NCBI GenBank assembly: GCA_950097015.1
Contig: CATNEN010000025.1
Location: forward strand, 3,348,001 to 3,412,000
Source of the DNA: Macrostomum hystrix
Taxonomy: Eukaryota > Animalia > Platyhelminthes
Length of the DNA stretch: 64,000 nt
Direction: 5' to 3'
The notes under the pieces were generated by a model, which saw only the letters and a program-made list of their open reading frames with translations, did no database searches and was not told where the DNA came from. Below, piece after piece: positions 33,601-44,956 of this stretch (the first letter of the stretch is position 1; each line of letters starts with the position of its first letter). The position numbers were made by a program, and so were the translations under genes.

Positions 33601-35391
33601 GGTTCAAGGTCAAAGACAGAGGGTAGCGAATGATACAATGTCAAAGACAGAGGTTAGCGAATGATTCAAGGTCAAAGGCCAAGGATAGCGAATGATTCAA
33701 GGTCAAAGACAGAGGTTAGCGAATGATTCAAGGTCAAAGGCCAAGGATAGCGAATGGTTCAAGGTCAAAGACAGAGGGTAGCGAATGATACAATGTCAAA
33801 GACAGAGGTTAGCGAATGATTAAAGGTCAAAGGCCAAGGATAGCGAATGATTCAAGGTCAAAGACAGAGGTTAGCGAATGATTCAAGGTCAAAGGCCAAG
33901 GATAGCGAATGATTCAAGGTCAAAGGCGAAGGATAGCGAATGATTCAAGGTCAAAGACAGAGGTTAGCGAAAGATTCAAGGTCAAAGCTCAATGTCAGAG
34001 AATCAATAGGGGCCAACCCAAGATCTGGTATGACTTTTAGCGCGATAACTCACCATTAATCTTGCACACAATGCCCGCGATGGAGGCTTCAAACTCGCTG
34101 AGCGTCTGCCGGATGTCGCGCAGCAGGCAGCGCTCGCGCGCCTCGAGCTCCCGGCCGAACAGGTCGCGCAAGGTAGAAGACACGGCCTGGCTGAGTATTC
34201 TCTTCACCTCGCGAGGGTCTGTATTAGAATCGGCGATGTTAAATTTCTCCGAACATTCTACTTCAAGTAGAAATGTAAAAATATCGAATCAGTCAGAAAA
34301 GCACACAGGGGCAGACGCTCAGCTCACCAATGACAAGCATCGGTCGGCTGTTGCTGGAGCTGCGGACGCGTGATGCCGGTTGCTCGCGGTCAGCTCCTTG
34401 GAGTTGCGGCTCCGACCTTTTTAACTCGCTGTCGGTATTCGCCTCGGATTGATTTGACGGAAAGCTAAATGACGAGGCTAGGGAGGCAAATTGAAGGTAA
34501 AAAGATGTTGTTGATAAAATATATTGTGTAGGCGGATGCAGACAATGTATCGCACTCACTTTTCTCGTTGGATGCTAAATTTGCCAATTGGATTTCTACC
34601 GTTGTAGCTCTTGCGGAATCGGTCGGTTTTTGCTGCTTCTGGTTCTGTTTTTGTTGATTCGGCTGCTGAATTTTCTGGTGCTGCTGTATGTGCTTATGTT
34701 GGTGCTGCTGGTGGTGCTGCTGCTGTTGTTGTTGCTGCTGCTGCCGCTGATGCTGTTGCTGCGGCTGCCACGAAAACGCTTCGAAGCGAGCACTCGGTAC
34801 TAAAATGGGAGTCGATCGACTGCTAGTCGGACTCGCAGCCCGGGCCAGAAGTTCGCCGATGCCCTCAAGAAGACTGCTAGCCACTTCTAGCTCCTGGCCG
34901 TGGGCCATGGGCTTTTGCTGCCGCTGCTGCTGCTGCTGCTGCTGCTGCTGAGGCTGGTGATAGTTCTGCTGGTGACGCTGGTTGTCACGCTGCTGATACA
35001 GCTGACGCTGCTGGCGCTGACGCGATGAAGGCTGACGCTGGGCATCGATGGAGCGGCTGTACTCCTGGTAAAGGAGGCCGATGTCAACACTATCGGCTGG
35101 CTGAGCCAGGGTGGCTTTGTGCAGATTTTCCTTGACTAAGCAATAATCTTAAAATTTAGATTAATCTGCCAGCGAGCTCCAGCTAATCCAAAACTAATTT
35201 AAAACTATTTTAAAGCGAAGCTGCTCTGAAATTGGCTGCATTTAGAGAGTGCCTACGGCTTCAAGTAAATGCTTAAGGCCATAGACTATGAGAGCGCTTC
35301 GGCATTGAATCTGCTTCAAAATTATCCATCCTAAATTAGGTGCAGTGAGTGGCCTGATGGAAACTCGATTGAAAGAAGCCTTGCATTTAAT

Positions 35392-35428
<37 letters not shown>

Positions 35429-38400
35429 TAGGAGGTGTCGGTTAGAGTCGCACATGTTGCACCGATTGATTTTCGTCAAGGTTCGCGGGAAGCGTGCAGA
35501 AAGACCTGTTCCGCTGCTCGTTCCCAAAGAAATCGGAGAAATAGTGGATGAACTAGTTCGCACACGTCATTATCCTTCGAGTGACTATGTTTTCTGTAGT
35601 GGTACAAACGCAGGCTACATCTCACCGTTTGTTGCGAGAACAAGTGTTGTATCATCATGCAAAGATCTGAAGTACCCTAATCGACTTGCGTCCACAAACC
35701 TGCGAAAGTACATCGCTACAGTTTCACAGATTCTGTCACTTCAAGTAAACGAGCTAGGATGGCTGTCGCATCACCTTGGGCACAGCCGAAAGGTGCACCA
35801 AACGTTTTATCGCTTGCACGAGGATACAATTGAGCTCGCGAAAGTCGGAAAACTGTTGCTGGCTATTGAAGCCGGCCGATTTGAGCAGTTGAAAGGGAAA
35901 AGTATAGCTGACATCAACATCGACGAAATTAACATATTACATTAACATATATTGTTAATGTAAATTCTGCTCTTCAATGTTAATGTTAATGTTAATTTAC
36001 GAGCCGTACATTAACATTAACATAGAAGTGCAGAAGTCTGAGGAAATCGAGAACGAACCAAGCACTTGTGAAGAGGTTCAAAAAGGCTCGGAGCCACATG
36101 CTGTGGCATCAAAGCGTCGCAGTGCGAACAGTCCAGCGCGCATTAAATCGAAGAGGGTCCGTCCTGAAAGAGAATTTCTTCCTGAGCACGCGAATCAGAA
36201 AGACAAATACTCATACAGTCAAATGAACTGTCGGTCCGAAGAAGACGACTCTTATGAATTAATCGTGTCAGTGCATGAAGAAATGGCCGTAGATATTCGC
36301 GGTGCACCACTTTCAATGAAGCAAGTAGAGAAGAAAAAGATTCGAGCAGAAACACCACAAAACAGACAGGCAGTTGTCCTGGTCAAGGTGGACCATGTAT
36401 GAGAAAGCGTTTCTTTTAACAGATAGGCAGTTGTCCTGGTCAAGGTAGACCATATATGTGAAAGCGTTTCTTTTAACAGACAGGCAGTTGTCCTGGTCAA
36501 GGTAGACCATATATGTGAAAGCGTTTCTTTTAACAAACAGGCAGTTGTCCTGGTCAAGGTAGACCATATATGTGAAAGCGTTTCTTTTAACAAACAGACA
36601 GTTGTCCTGGTCAAGGTAGACCATATATGTGAAAGCGTTTCTTTTAACTAACAGACAGTTGTCCTGGTTTATGTTGACCACCCTATGAAAGCGTTCTTTA
36701 TTGGGTTCCACCCCGACCAAACTTCTTTTCGTTCAGCTCCAGAATGCGCCATTAATGTGTCATTTACTGAGCAACTTTTAACGGGTTTGTTTCTTTGTTT
36801 AAAATTTTTGTGGACAGTGGTCCTTGTCCAGGTAGACTGTCTAGTGAAAGCGCTTTTCTTTTTTATCCGCCCCGACCGCACTTAATTTCTTTCAGCTACC
36901 AAATCGTCATTAGTGTGTCATTTAATCAACATTTTAAGTGGTTTGTTTAATTGTTACAAGATTTTTGTGGACAGTTGTCCAGGTCTATGTAGACCATCAA
37001 TTGAAAGCGCTTATTGGGCTCCACCCCGACTGCACTTCATTTCGTTCAGCTCTCAAATGCGTCATTAATGAATGTCATTTATTCATCATTTTTAACTGGT
37101 TTGTTCCACTGTTTAGAATTTTTGTGGACAGTTGTCCTGGTCCAGGTAGACCGTCTAGTGAAAGCATTTGATTTAACAGACAGACAGTTGTCCTGGTCCA
37201 GGTAGACCGTCTAGTGAAAGCATTTGATTTAACAGACAGACAGTTGTCCTGGTCCAGATAGACCGTCTAGTGAAAGCATTTGATTTAACAGACAGACAGT
37301 TGTCCTGGTCCAGGTAGACCGTCTAGTGAAAGCATTTGATTTAACAGACAGACAGTTGTCCTGGTCCAGGTAGACCGTCTAGTGAAAGCATTTGATTTAA
37401 CAGACAGACAGTTGTCCTGGTCCAGGTAGACCGTCTAGTGAAAGCATTTGATTTAACAGACAGACAGTTGTCCTGGTCCAGGTAGACCGTCTAGTGAAAG
37501 CATTTGATTTAACAGACAGACAGTTGTCCTGGTCCAGGTAGACCGTCTAGTGAAAGCATTTGATTTAACAGACAGACAGTTGTCCTGGTCCAGGTAGACC
37601 GTCTAGTGAAAGCGCTTTTTACCACTCCGACCGCACTTCACTTATTTCAACTCCTATATGCGTCGTTGGTGTCATTTAATCAACATTTTTTTCTTTTTTG
37701 TTTAATTGTTAAAAAATTGAGTGGAAAGTTATCCTGACACGTGCCATTTATTAAGAAAATGTTATTTATTAGGCAATTTCATTCATCAATCTACTTTGAT
37801 TTTTTGGGCACATATCTGTGAAGTTAATTGTGCTTTTGCAAGTTTATCATATCATTACTACAAATATAACTTGTTGCTGTTTAAAATTTTGCCTGACCGT
37901 TAATTTGCACTTCTAACAAATTTATTTATGCAAAAAATGTTTTGCAATTGTTTTTTTGCTTTTTAGTAAGGATGAACGATTAGTGGCTCCGAAGCAAAGT
38001 GGAATTGAATGCATTATTAACGCTTTATTACATATTGCATTTGGGGCTTCTGTCACGTGACTGATTGTTGTCTTTTCTAGTGCTAAACAGTACTGGGTCG
38101 ATAATTACCACAATAGTCTGCTTAATAAATGATGATCCACCTAAACGGTGTCGTTTTTGAGGTCCACCTTAACAGGTCCGGCCTGGTCCAGCTATCCCAG
38201 TTTAAAGTGACATGCAGTTTCCACGAGATGGCTATTCTGTGGGCTTAACAAAAAAATAATTCACGCCAACTTTTCGTGTAGACACAATAGACACCGGTTT
38301 TACTAGGAAACTATGTGGTCCACCTAATGCATTAACTAAACTCTGGTCCCGCTAAAAACAAAGACACTGGTCTGTCTGTCTGTCTGTCTGTGAGGCTCTA

Positions 38401-38760
38401 AAACAGACTGGTACAGTGGTGTAAGCACAGTCTGTAGGTTAGCTGGACCAGCTCGACTAGAATGAGAAAGGCCAAATCTAAGCACTTTTGCAACAAGCTC
38501 ACCACAGTAGATTCAATCTCGTCTGATAGCTGAGCTGCGATGAGGCCACGACGGCTGTCCACCGGACTGACCAGCGTCTCAGGTGCCTCAGCTGACTTCT
38601 TAGCGGCGTCCAAACGTGAGGTCCAGAGTCGACTGAATGGCTCTTGGCCTTTGAATTCTTGAGTTGCTTCCGTCACTCGTCCGCCACGAAGCCGACTTGC
38701 CGTCTCCAGACTAGGCCAGTCAAAGTCGACATTTGTACGAGAATTCAGGATTGACAGTTC
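30646..38760 (-). CDS. Uncharacterised multi-exon gene with polyQ tracts and predicted coiled-coil (approximate span; ends uncertain)
   Basis: Phase-consistent exons: ~38760-38503, 35100-34560, 34477-34328, 34257-34054, 33307-33200, 32985-32695, 30803-30650/30646, mostly with GTGAG donors; no recognisable family. Confidence 0.7.
30915..31275. repeat. 30-bp minisatellite (GTACACAGGTAGATGGGTGGTACAGACACT)
   Basis: Tandem units. Confidence 0.93.
32085..32535. repeat. 29-bp minisatellite (GACTTTGAAACCAACCTCACTCCAGGGTT)
   Basis: Tandem units. Confidence 0.93.
32695..32985 (-). CDS. Exon of the polyQ gene
   Basis: Open frame of ORF 32675..32965; phase 1-1; donor A|GTGAGT. Confidence 0.7.
33315..33990. 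repeat. 31-bp minisatellite (GAATGATTCAAGGTCAAAGACAGAGGTTAGC)
   Basis: Tandem units with two alternating variants. Confidence 0.93.
34054..34257 (-). CDS. Helical exon of the polyQ gene
   Basis: ECSEKFNIADSNTDPREVKRILSQAVSSTLRDLFGRELEARERCLLRDIRQTLSEFEASIAGIVCKIN; TAG| acceptor, G|GTGAGT donor. Confidence 0.8.
34560..35100 (-). CDS. PolyQ-rich exon
   Basis: PADSVDIGLLYQEYSRS..QQQQ..MAHGQELEVASSLLEG..QQQQ..LASNEK; acceptor phase 0, donor A|GTGAGT. Confidence 0.75.
35454..35945 (+). pseudogene. 5'-truncated tyrosine recombinase (phage-integrase fold, Crypton-like)
   Basis: VRGKRAERPVPLL; STNLRKYIAT (HxLR-equivalent box); WLSHHLGHSRKVHQTFY (LGH plus catalytic Tyr); ELAKVGKLLLA; in-frame stop just upstream of the ATG. 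Confidence 0.8.
36370..37710. repeat. Nested repeats: 58-bp and 55-bp arrays (core GTTGTCCTGGTCCAGGTAGACC) within ~160-bp units
   Basis: 58-bp units 36370-36670, 55-bp units 37130-37615, ~160-bp units with CCACCCCGAC..GCACTTCATTTC. Confidence 0.9.
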
Positions 38761-41225
38761 ACAACTGATATCTGATATCCTACTGAGACTTTAAAAAGAC
38801 TGGCACAGTGGCGTCAGCACAGTCTGTAGGTTAGCTGGACCTCCTGCACTTTAATTCCACCTCCTATCTGTGAGACTCTAAAACAGACTGGCACAGTGGC
38901 GTCAGCACAGTCTGTAGGTTAGCTGGACCACCTTCAAGTTTTATGTGCACCGATTTGCTTACGTGGTAGACTTTGGTATTCGGTCCAGGAAAACATTTTT
39001 CTGAAATTTCGATTAAGGAGGTTTTTGTTGAGGCTCTTTGTTAAAGTTTATTCTACGTATATTCATGCCGAATAACAAATTTGTATTGGTACTTACTGCA
39101 GTTGGAATGCAGTTTTTCGACAACGTCGTCTGGAATATTTTTCTTTAGCTCCCAAGTATTGTTAGATCTAAAAGTCGAGTATTGTTTTATTACGTAGTAA
39201 ATTGTATGGCCCGTTTTTGCTGGAGAATGAAAACGCGAGGAAATTAAATTTTTTTCAATTGAAACAAATTTTTCATTTGGTGCTTACATTGATTATCCAG
39301 TCCACTTGATGTAGTATTTGTTACTGTTGCACTTCTCTATTTTCTCGACAAAGAACTGGGACTCTGTCTTGGCAGGATTTCTCTTGCGAGACATTCCTGT
39401 CTCCTCGGGGACTTGACTATTGACGAATGTTTCAGTCTAACCGAGATGCGAAATTAAGTGGTCTATGTAAGCCTGTTTTGCTTAGACCAAGGGGTTTTAC
39501 TTTGATAACGCTGCCTCTCTCTGACTCATTTAGTAGACGGACTGTCTGTCCCTTAGACTGCTTCTATTGGCTGGCATTCCCAGTGGGGGTGGTCCGAGTT
39601 TTACCAACCTCTTTCCGAAATCAGTCCTTAACCAGTGCAGTTCTAGTCTGTGTGAATTTGTTATGCGCTTTCAGTGTCGTTTACATGGACCTCAACAGAC
39701 GATTTTTGTGCGTGCAACCGGGACCCAGAGTAAACTAAAATAACAAATATCGATCCCGTCTTCCCTTTGGGCTTGGTGTGTTGCTCACCCCACCAAGGTT
39801 TCCTGAGAGCAAAATCTTCCTTCCTCTCAGAGCCGAAACTCTCAATCTTCTTTTCTTATTGTGGTTCAGTGTCATTTCAGTGTCAACAAATGGACATTCG
39901 AATGGCCCATGAGTTTGAACTTCCGTTTAAGTTCGATTTCCGTTTAATTTATTATGTATTATTATGATCAAGCTACGATAAATAGCTTAATTGTAGTAAT
40001 AGTACTAATCTAGGCTGTAGTGTTAGTACCTCAGACTCAGAGAAGAATCGTATTACAAGCCCTAGATATTTCGGCTTAACCGTCCTGACAATTAAATTTC
40101 CATAAATCAAATATAAATAAAAAATAAATCAAAGTGAACTAAAAGAAGCTTATTATCTAGATAAATATAATTGTGTAAAGGAAAGTCGATAGGCCTGTAG
40201 GATACAATATCCGTTCAACCTACTATAAGTAGCTTATGCGACAAAGGAACCGTCTTGGGAATAGTTTTCGGCACAAAACCGTGGGAAGGCTTTAAACAAA
40301 TATTTGCACTGTGTCTGCCTAATTTAAGATCGCGGAAATTCAATATATTCGTTTTTTGGCGTAAAATATGTCGCAAAAAATAAATTAGCAACAGACTGAA
40401 ACAGACTGGAAAAGACAAGATTCGGAAATTTTCGTTTACAATTTTTGTTTAGCTGGACCTCTTAGACCCAGTTTAGGTGGACATCGAAAAAGTCCATGTA
40501 AACTGAATGCATTTTTTTCTGAAGAAGAATGCCGATGATTGATGCAATTTGCAGCACGCCTTCGTGACATGCCCTGCTCTGTTTTGTGGTCCTTATAAAC
40601 CACTCAACGTTGTCTGGAGCAAAAATATTCGGTGGTCCATCTAAGGGATCTACCTTAGCTGGAGAGGTCCAGCTAATGCGGCAACTGAACCGACGAAAGG
40701 TCCAAGCAAACACACAGACAGGCAGGCAGGCAGAACTCTGAACTCTGACTATTATCGATCACTAGCGATACAGTTAATAAAGATATTTTCAAACCCGGAT
40801 GTTAAATAATTGAGTTGGAAAAATGCGGATAAGTTGTTAATGCAACTACTCGCACTCAACTCATTTTCCACACAACGAGTTATCCAGTGGAAGGACTTCC
40901 ATCTACGTGTCTGCAGTAACAATGAAAATTGAGCTTCTATTTATTTTTTTTCTACCCGGTCGCTAAAAAATTGCTATTGGCCAACACGTGGGCACTGCAC
41001 TCCACTAAGCTGTTAATAGTGTTTTGAGTTGTAAAACGCCCCCAGTTAGCTAAATTTAGAGGTGAAAAACCTGTTACAGCCAGTTCAGGCAGCAAGCTCT
41101 GGCGTGTCCTGCGCGTAATAGAACAGACGCCTTTGAAAAAAGTATATATATATTGAAGCCGTCGGTGAGAGTTGAGAAGGCCGGATTTCTGGGACAGGGG
41201 CAGCTTTCCACATCCCAGAGTAAAC

Positions 41226-41840
41226 ATGCGGCTTCAAAGCGGAGTTCTTCAACTACTAGCATTGTTGCTCAGTGCAGCGGCTGAGACAACTCCGCATCGT
41301 CTGGTCCGCTGTCCAGCGGAGTTCGGCACTCTGGTAGAGTCAGCTCCGGCCTCAATCGATCTGCCGGTGCTGACAACGGCGTCGGGTGTGCGGCTGCGAA
41401 CCGTCCGTTCAGCGGACAGCAACTCGGAACTTTTCGTTGACTCTGTTGGACAGTTGAGATTCAACGGCGCCATGAGATCCACTTTGGCCTCCGGCTCCGC
41501 CAATGAGCAGTTCAGCGGACCGCATCAGCTGGAATGCGAAGACAGCGAACATGACGCGGTCACCTTCTCACTGTACATCCGGCTGCCGACTGCCCTGAGT
41601 TCGACCCCTGCATCAGCGGCCATTGCAGCCACGCGCATTAGCTCGCTGGATGTGGGTCTCACCTGCCTGATCCTGCTGCTCACGCTGATCTGTTTCTGCC
41701 TGTCCGGGTGTCTCGTCTGCATCCATCGGCGAAGATTCAGAAGCAGGCAGGAGCAGACATCGAAGAAGACGGTTTTCAACGGACATCAGCAGCTGCTGAC
41801 GCAGGCTCCTCATTCGCTGGTTGGAGTAGATGATGTTTGA
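41226..41840 (+). CDS. Small type-I membrane protein, single degenerate cadherin-like domain (paralog 1, 204 aa)
   Basis: Signal MRLQSGVLQLLALLLSAAA; RLVRCPAEF..PVLT..DSVGQLRF..FSGPHQLEC; TM then RRRFR; TATA at 41143-41152; intronless. Confidence 0.85.
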   Translation: MRLQSGVLQLLALLLSAAAETTPHRLVRCPAEFGTLVESAPASIDLPVLTTASGVRLRTVRSADSNSELFVDSVGQLRFNGAMRSTLASGSANEQFSGPHQLECEDSEHDAVTFSLYIRLPTALSSTPASAAIAATRISSLDVGLTCLILLLTLICFCLSGCLVCIHRRRFRSRQEQTSKKTVFNGHQQLLTQAPHSLVGVDDV

Positions 41841-42899
41841 ATTGAGTCTACTTCGACTTCATATTTAGCTGTCATATTTTATAACTTTAGTCTCAATTTT
41901 CCGACATGATTTCAGTTGTAGTTTTCTTACATTCATTAGTTAGCAATAGCCCAACGAATACCTAATGGTACTCGTACAAGAAAGTTAAGAACTGACAGGA
42001 AAACTAGCGTTGTTCATAAAAAGACTATTTGAAATTAGAGAAAAAATACCACAATATAAATGACAATACAAATAATGTGATTTTGTGCGTAAAAATATAT
42101 TCAATATTTAACAACACAATCATTTTATTATTCGCCATTAAAAACTTTTCGTTCTGCGTGTGTTTTTTGCTTTCGCTTCTGCTTTCGTTTTTACACCTTT
42201 TTGATTCGGTTGTTTAGTGCCAACTCGCAGTTGCGATTAAATAAATAAAATAATATACAAGTAATATAAATAAAACCATACAACTATAAAAATATTCTAC
42301 ATTCTTCAAAAATTAAAACACATTTGTTATTATTACAGACGGTTTATTTCAAAAGGGCAAGCATAAACTGTTCAAACATATTTAAACGTAAATTTAAATT
42401 CACGTTGAAAAAATCAACCGGTATTACACCCATGTCAAAGAGCAAAATTGACACATGAAACACCAAAAAGTACGGCTCGTACCATTTTATTTTCTTCATA
42501 TTAAGCCACAAAACGGTTAAGAATCAAAGTTCACCAAGACGCATTTATTGTTAATAGCATATTTAATAAGCAGTTGAGAGTGAAAAGTACTAGACGCTTT
42601 TTACTATAGTAATTATTTCTCCGGGTTGACTGGCAGAAAAACTCAAGCAGTTTATCGTAAAAAGTACAATTTTCTGGTGAATACACGGCAAAAATGAAGT
42701 GCACATTAGGACGATGCTTTTGTGAACAGATGCGCAAAAACACCTAGTTCTCAGTTCTTAGAGAGATTATTCACAAAAGTCTGAGTATTTATGCTGCTTA
42801 ACACAGGAGAATGTGAGGCTCGTTATACAGACCAGCTGCAGAGAAACCAAATCGCATCGAAACACAATCACAGTTGCTATTCATAATTGCGTTAAGCAT

Positions 42900-43580
42900 T
42901 CAAACCTCGTTGAAAAGTGGGTCGATGCTGGCCGCACAGGCGGGTCCCGTGTAGATCCTGGCCTTCTGTTGCCGCCTACTTGGGACGAATCTGAAGCTGC
43001 AACATGCGAATGCGGAGACAACCGCGCCGCAGACGAGGAGGGCTACGACGAAGCCGATTCCGAAGCCGAAGGCAAACTCGGATGCATCTTTGCTGGCCTT
43101 GCCATGCATGGTGACATTTTTTACAGTCGCTGAGGGTCGAGAAGTTGCGGAAGCTCCGGCAGTTGTGGCTTCAGTTAGAGCGGCGGTGATCAAGTCGACA
43201 GTTTCGGTGTAAGAAATCGAGGCGGCCTTGATGAAGAGCGCAAAAGGAATCGGCCTGTTGTGGTCGCTGTCTGAGCACAGCAGAACGTGAGGTCCGCTGT
43301 AGTGACCATCGATGGTGCCGTTGAAACGCAACTGACCGGCTGAGTCCAGCTGCAGCTCCGAGTCCTTCAGGAAGCCGACAGTTCGCAGTTGCACGCCCGG
43401 GCCCGCTGTCAGTACCGGGTCGTCGGGCGAGGCCGGGAGTGACTTCACCACATTGGCGAACTCGGCCGGGCAGCGGACTAGACGCTGCAGTCCAAGCGTC
43501 GGGTTGCTGGCTGCGTTGCTGGCTGCACAGAGAGCTGCGAGCAGCGTTTGAAAAAAGAATTTTCTGGAGGTCGCTGCCAT
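42900..43580 (-). CDS. Small type-I membrane protein, cadherin-like domain (paralog 2, 226 aa)
   Basis: Signal; RLVRCPAEF..PVLTAGPG..DSAGQLRF..YSGPHVLLC; S/T/A stalk; TM; tail IYTGP..DPLF; TATATATA at 43662-43669. Confidence 0.87.
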   Translation of the reverse strand: MAATSRKFFFQTLLAALCAASNAASNPTLGLQRLVRCPAEFANVVKSLPASPDDPVLTAGPGVQLRTVGFLKDSELQLDSAGQLRFNGTIDGHYSGPHVLLCSDSDHNRPIPFALFIKAASISYTETVDLITAALTEATTAGASATSRPSATVKNVTMHGKASKDASEFAFGFGIGFVVALLVCGAVVSAFACCSFRFVPSRRQQKARIYTGPACAASIDPLFNEV

Positions 43581-44956
43581 TTTCCTATAAGGATCGAATC
43601 GTCAAGACAAGATGAGAAGCGAGAATTTTGAAACTGCAGAAACTGTGCCAATTATGCGAGCTATATATAGAGCCGATGCGTGATAATCTCGGGAAAACCA
43701 TGGCTTTTTAGACTTCGCTTTGGGCGATGACTCTCGGATAGTCCAAAAACTTTTCAACTATAAAGAAAGAGGAATTATCGAAACAGAGAATAAAATCGTA
43801 CAGTTCTAAAAATAGATAAAACGTACGTTTTTACTAGCGGCTCATTGTGCGTTGCAATTGCAGCTTTCTGCTTCTGCTCAGTTTGAACTGTACTAGCCCA
43901 GTGCAAGCATTCATTGGAAAATCCAAGACCACTAGACGCGATTGTCTAAAACGCTTTGTATTCTGTAAAAGAAATATTAGCTCATTTAGCATTCTGAAAA
44001 TTCTCAAGAATCTGCTATTATAAGCGAATTTTGTGTCCTTAGTATGTTTTGGCTCAACATTCTGATAGATTTTCTTTGACCGATTGCACTAAAAACGTTC
44101 TAGTTTGGACTTCTTCCTGTTGTTAATTTAGTTTTCCATCCTGTCGTGATCTGTTTTTATAAAAAATCCACTTTTTTCCTATTCCACTCTTGATTCGAAT
44201 GAAGGCACTGGTGCGAGATGTCGTCACATTTAAACCCATTGTTTGTTATTTAATTTGTAATTTCTTAACAGTAGGGGATGGACCACCGGGGTATTTCAAA
44301 CCCAACCTGCACTGCCTGCTTGACGATAGTTCCCAAACCGAATGACCGATTGTTGTGTTCTTGTCACACTTTGTGTCAGAGCACATTTATTAGTATCGTA
44401 ACACAGACTCGAAGCCTAACGAACACAAAGTGATATACACTACAGCTGCGACACAATTGTACGAGTAATGTACTCTCTAACTACACATAGCTATTCTCAA
44501 TTTCTCAGTTAATAGACCGCATCTGATACAAACACAACCACATTGTATTCATGTGTACACAGCCACAAACACAACTGTAGCGGCGATTTCTGATACGGCT
44601 TTATCCATGATTTTTGATACCATTCAGGCTAGGCCCGTGATTCATTTTTAGGTATATGTCGAGCTTTCGGCATCCTCAAGTTTGTTGCTGTTACAAAAGA
44701 AGAAATTCCTGCTATATTATCAGCCTGCCACTATGTTGGTAGTAGCTAGTACGTTGGTATTTATTTTAGATAGATAGAAATAAACTCAGGATTAAAGGAA
44801 GAAAATATCGATCTACATAGAAAATGATATGATATTTAAGATGTCTCTTGTAACGCATGTCACCTAATATATAAATGGTCGGATCTAATCATGAAAATTT
44901 AGTAGTGGTGTATTGAATTTCAAGTGGCGTAACATCTGAAGGTGGACTCAAAATGG

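Larger units (their letters stand above)
35393..38391 (+). mobile_element. Putative Crypton-like (YR) DNA transposon remnant inside an intron
   Basis: YR fragment followed by repeat-rich tail; bounded by (GACA)n at 35393-35428 and (TGTC)n at 38369-38391; boundaries inferred. Confidence 0.5.

Noticed and set aside
35977-36402. ORF after the recombinase as a separate gene
   Set aside because: Begins in a hairpin/microsatellite and ends in the 58-bp array; more likely the disrupted continuation of the element's ORF
43690-43700. GGGAAAACCA kappaB/Dorsal-like site upstream of paralog 2
   Set aside because: Single 10-mer, not clearly shared by the other paralogs; expected by chance
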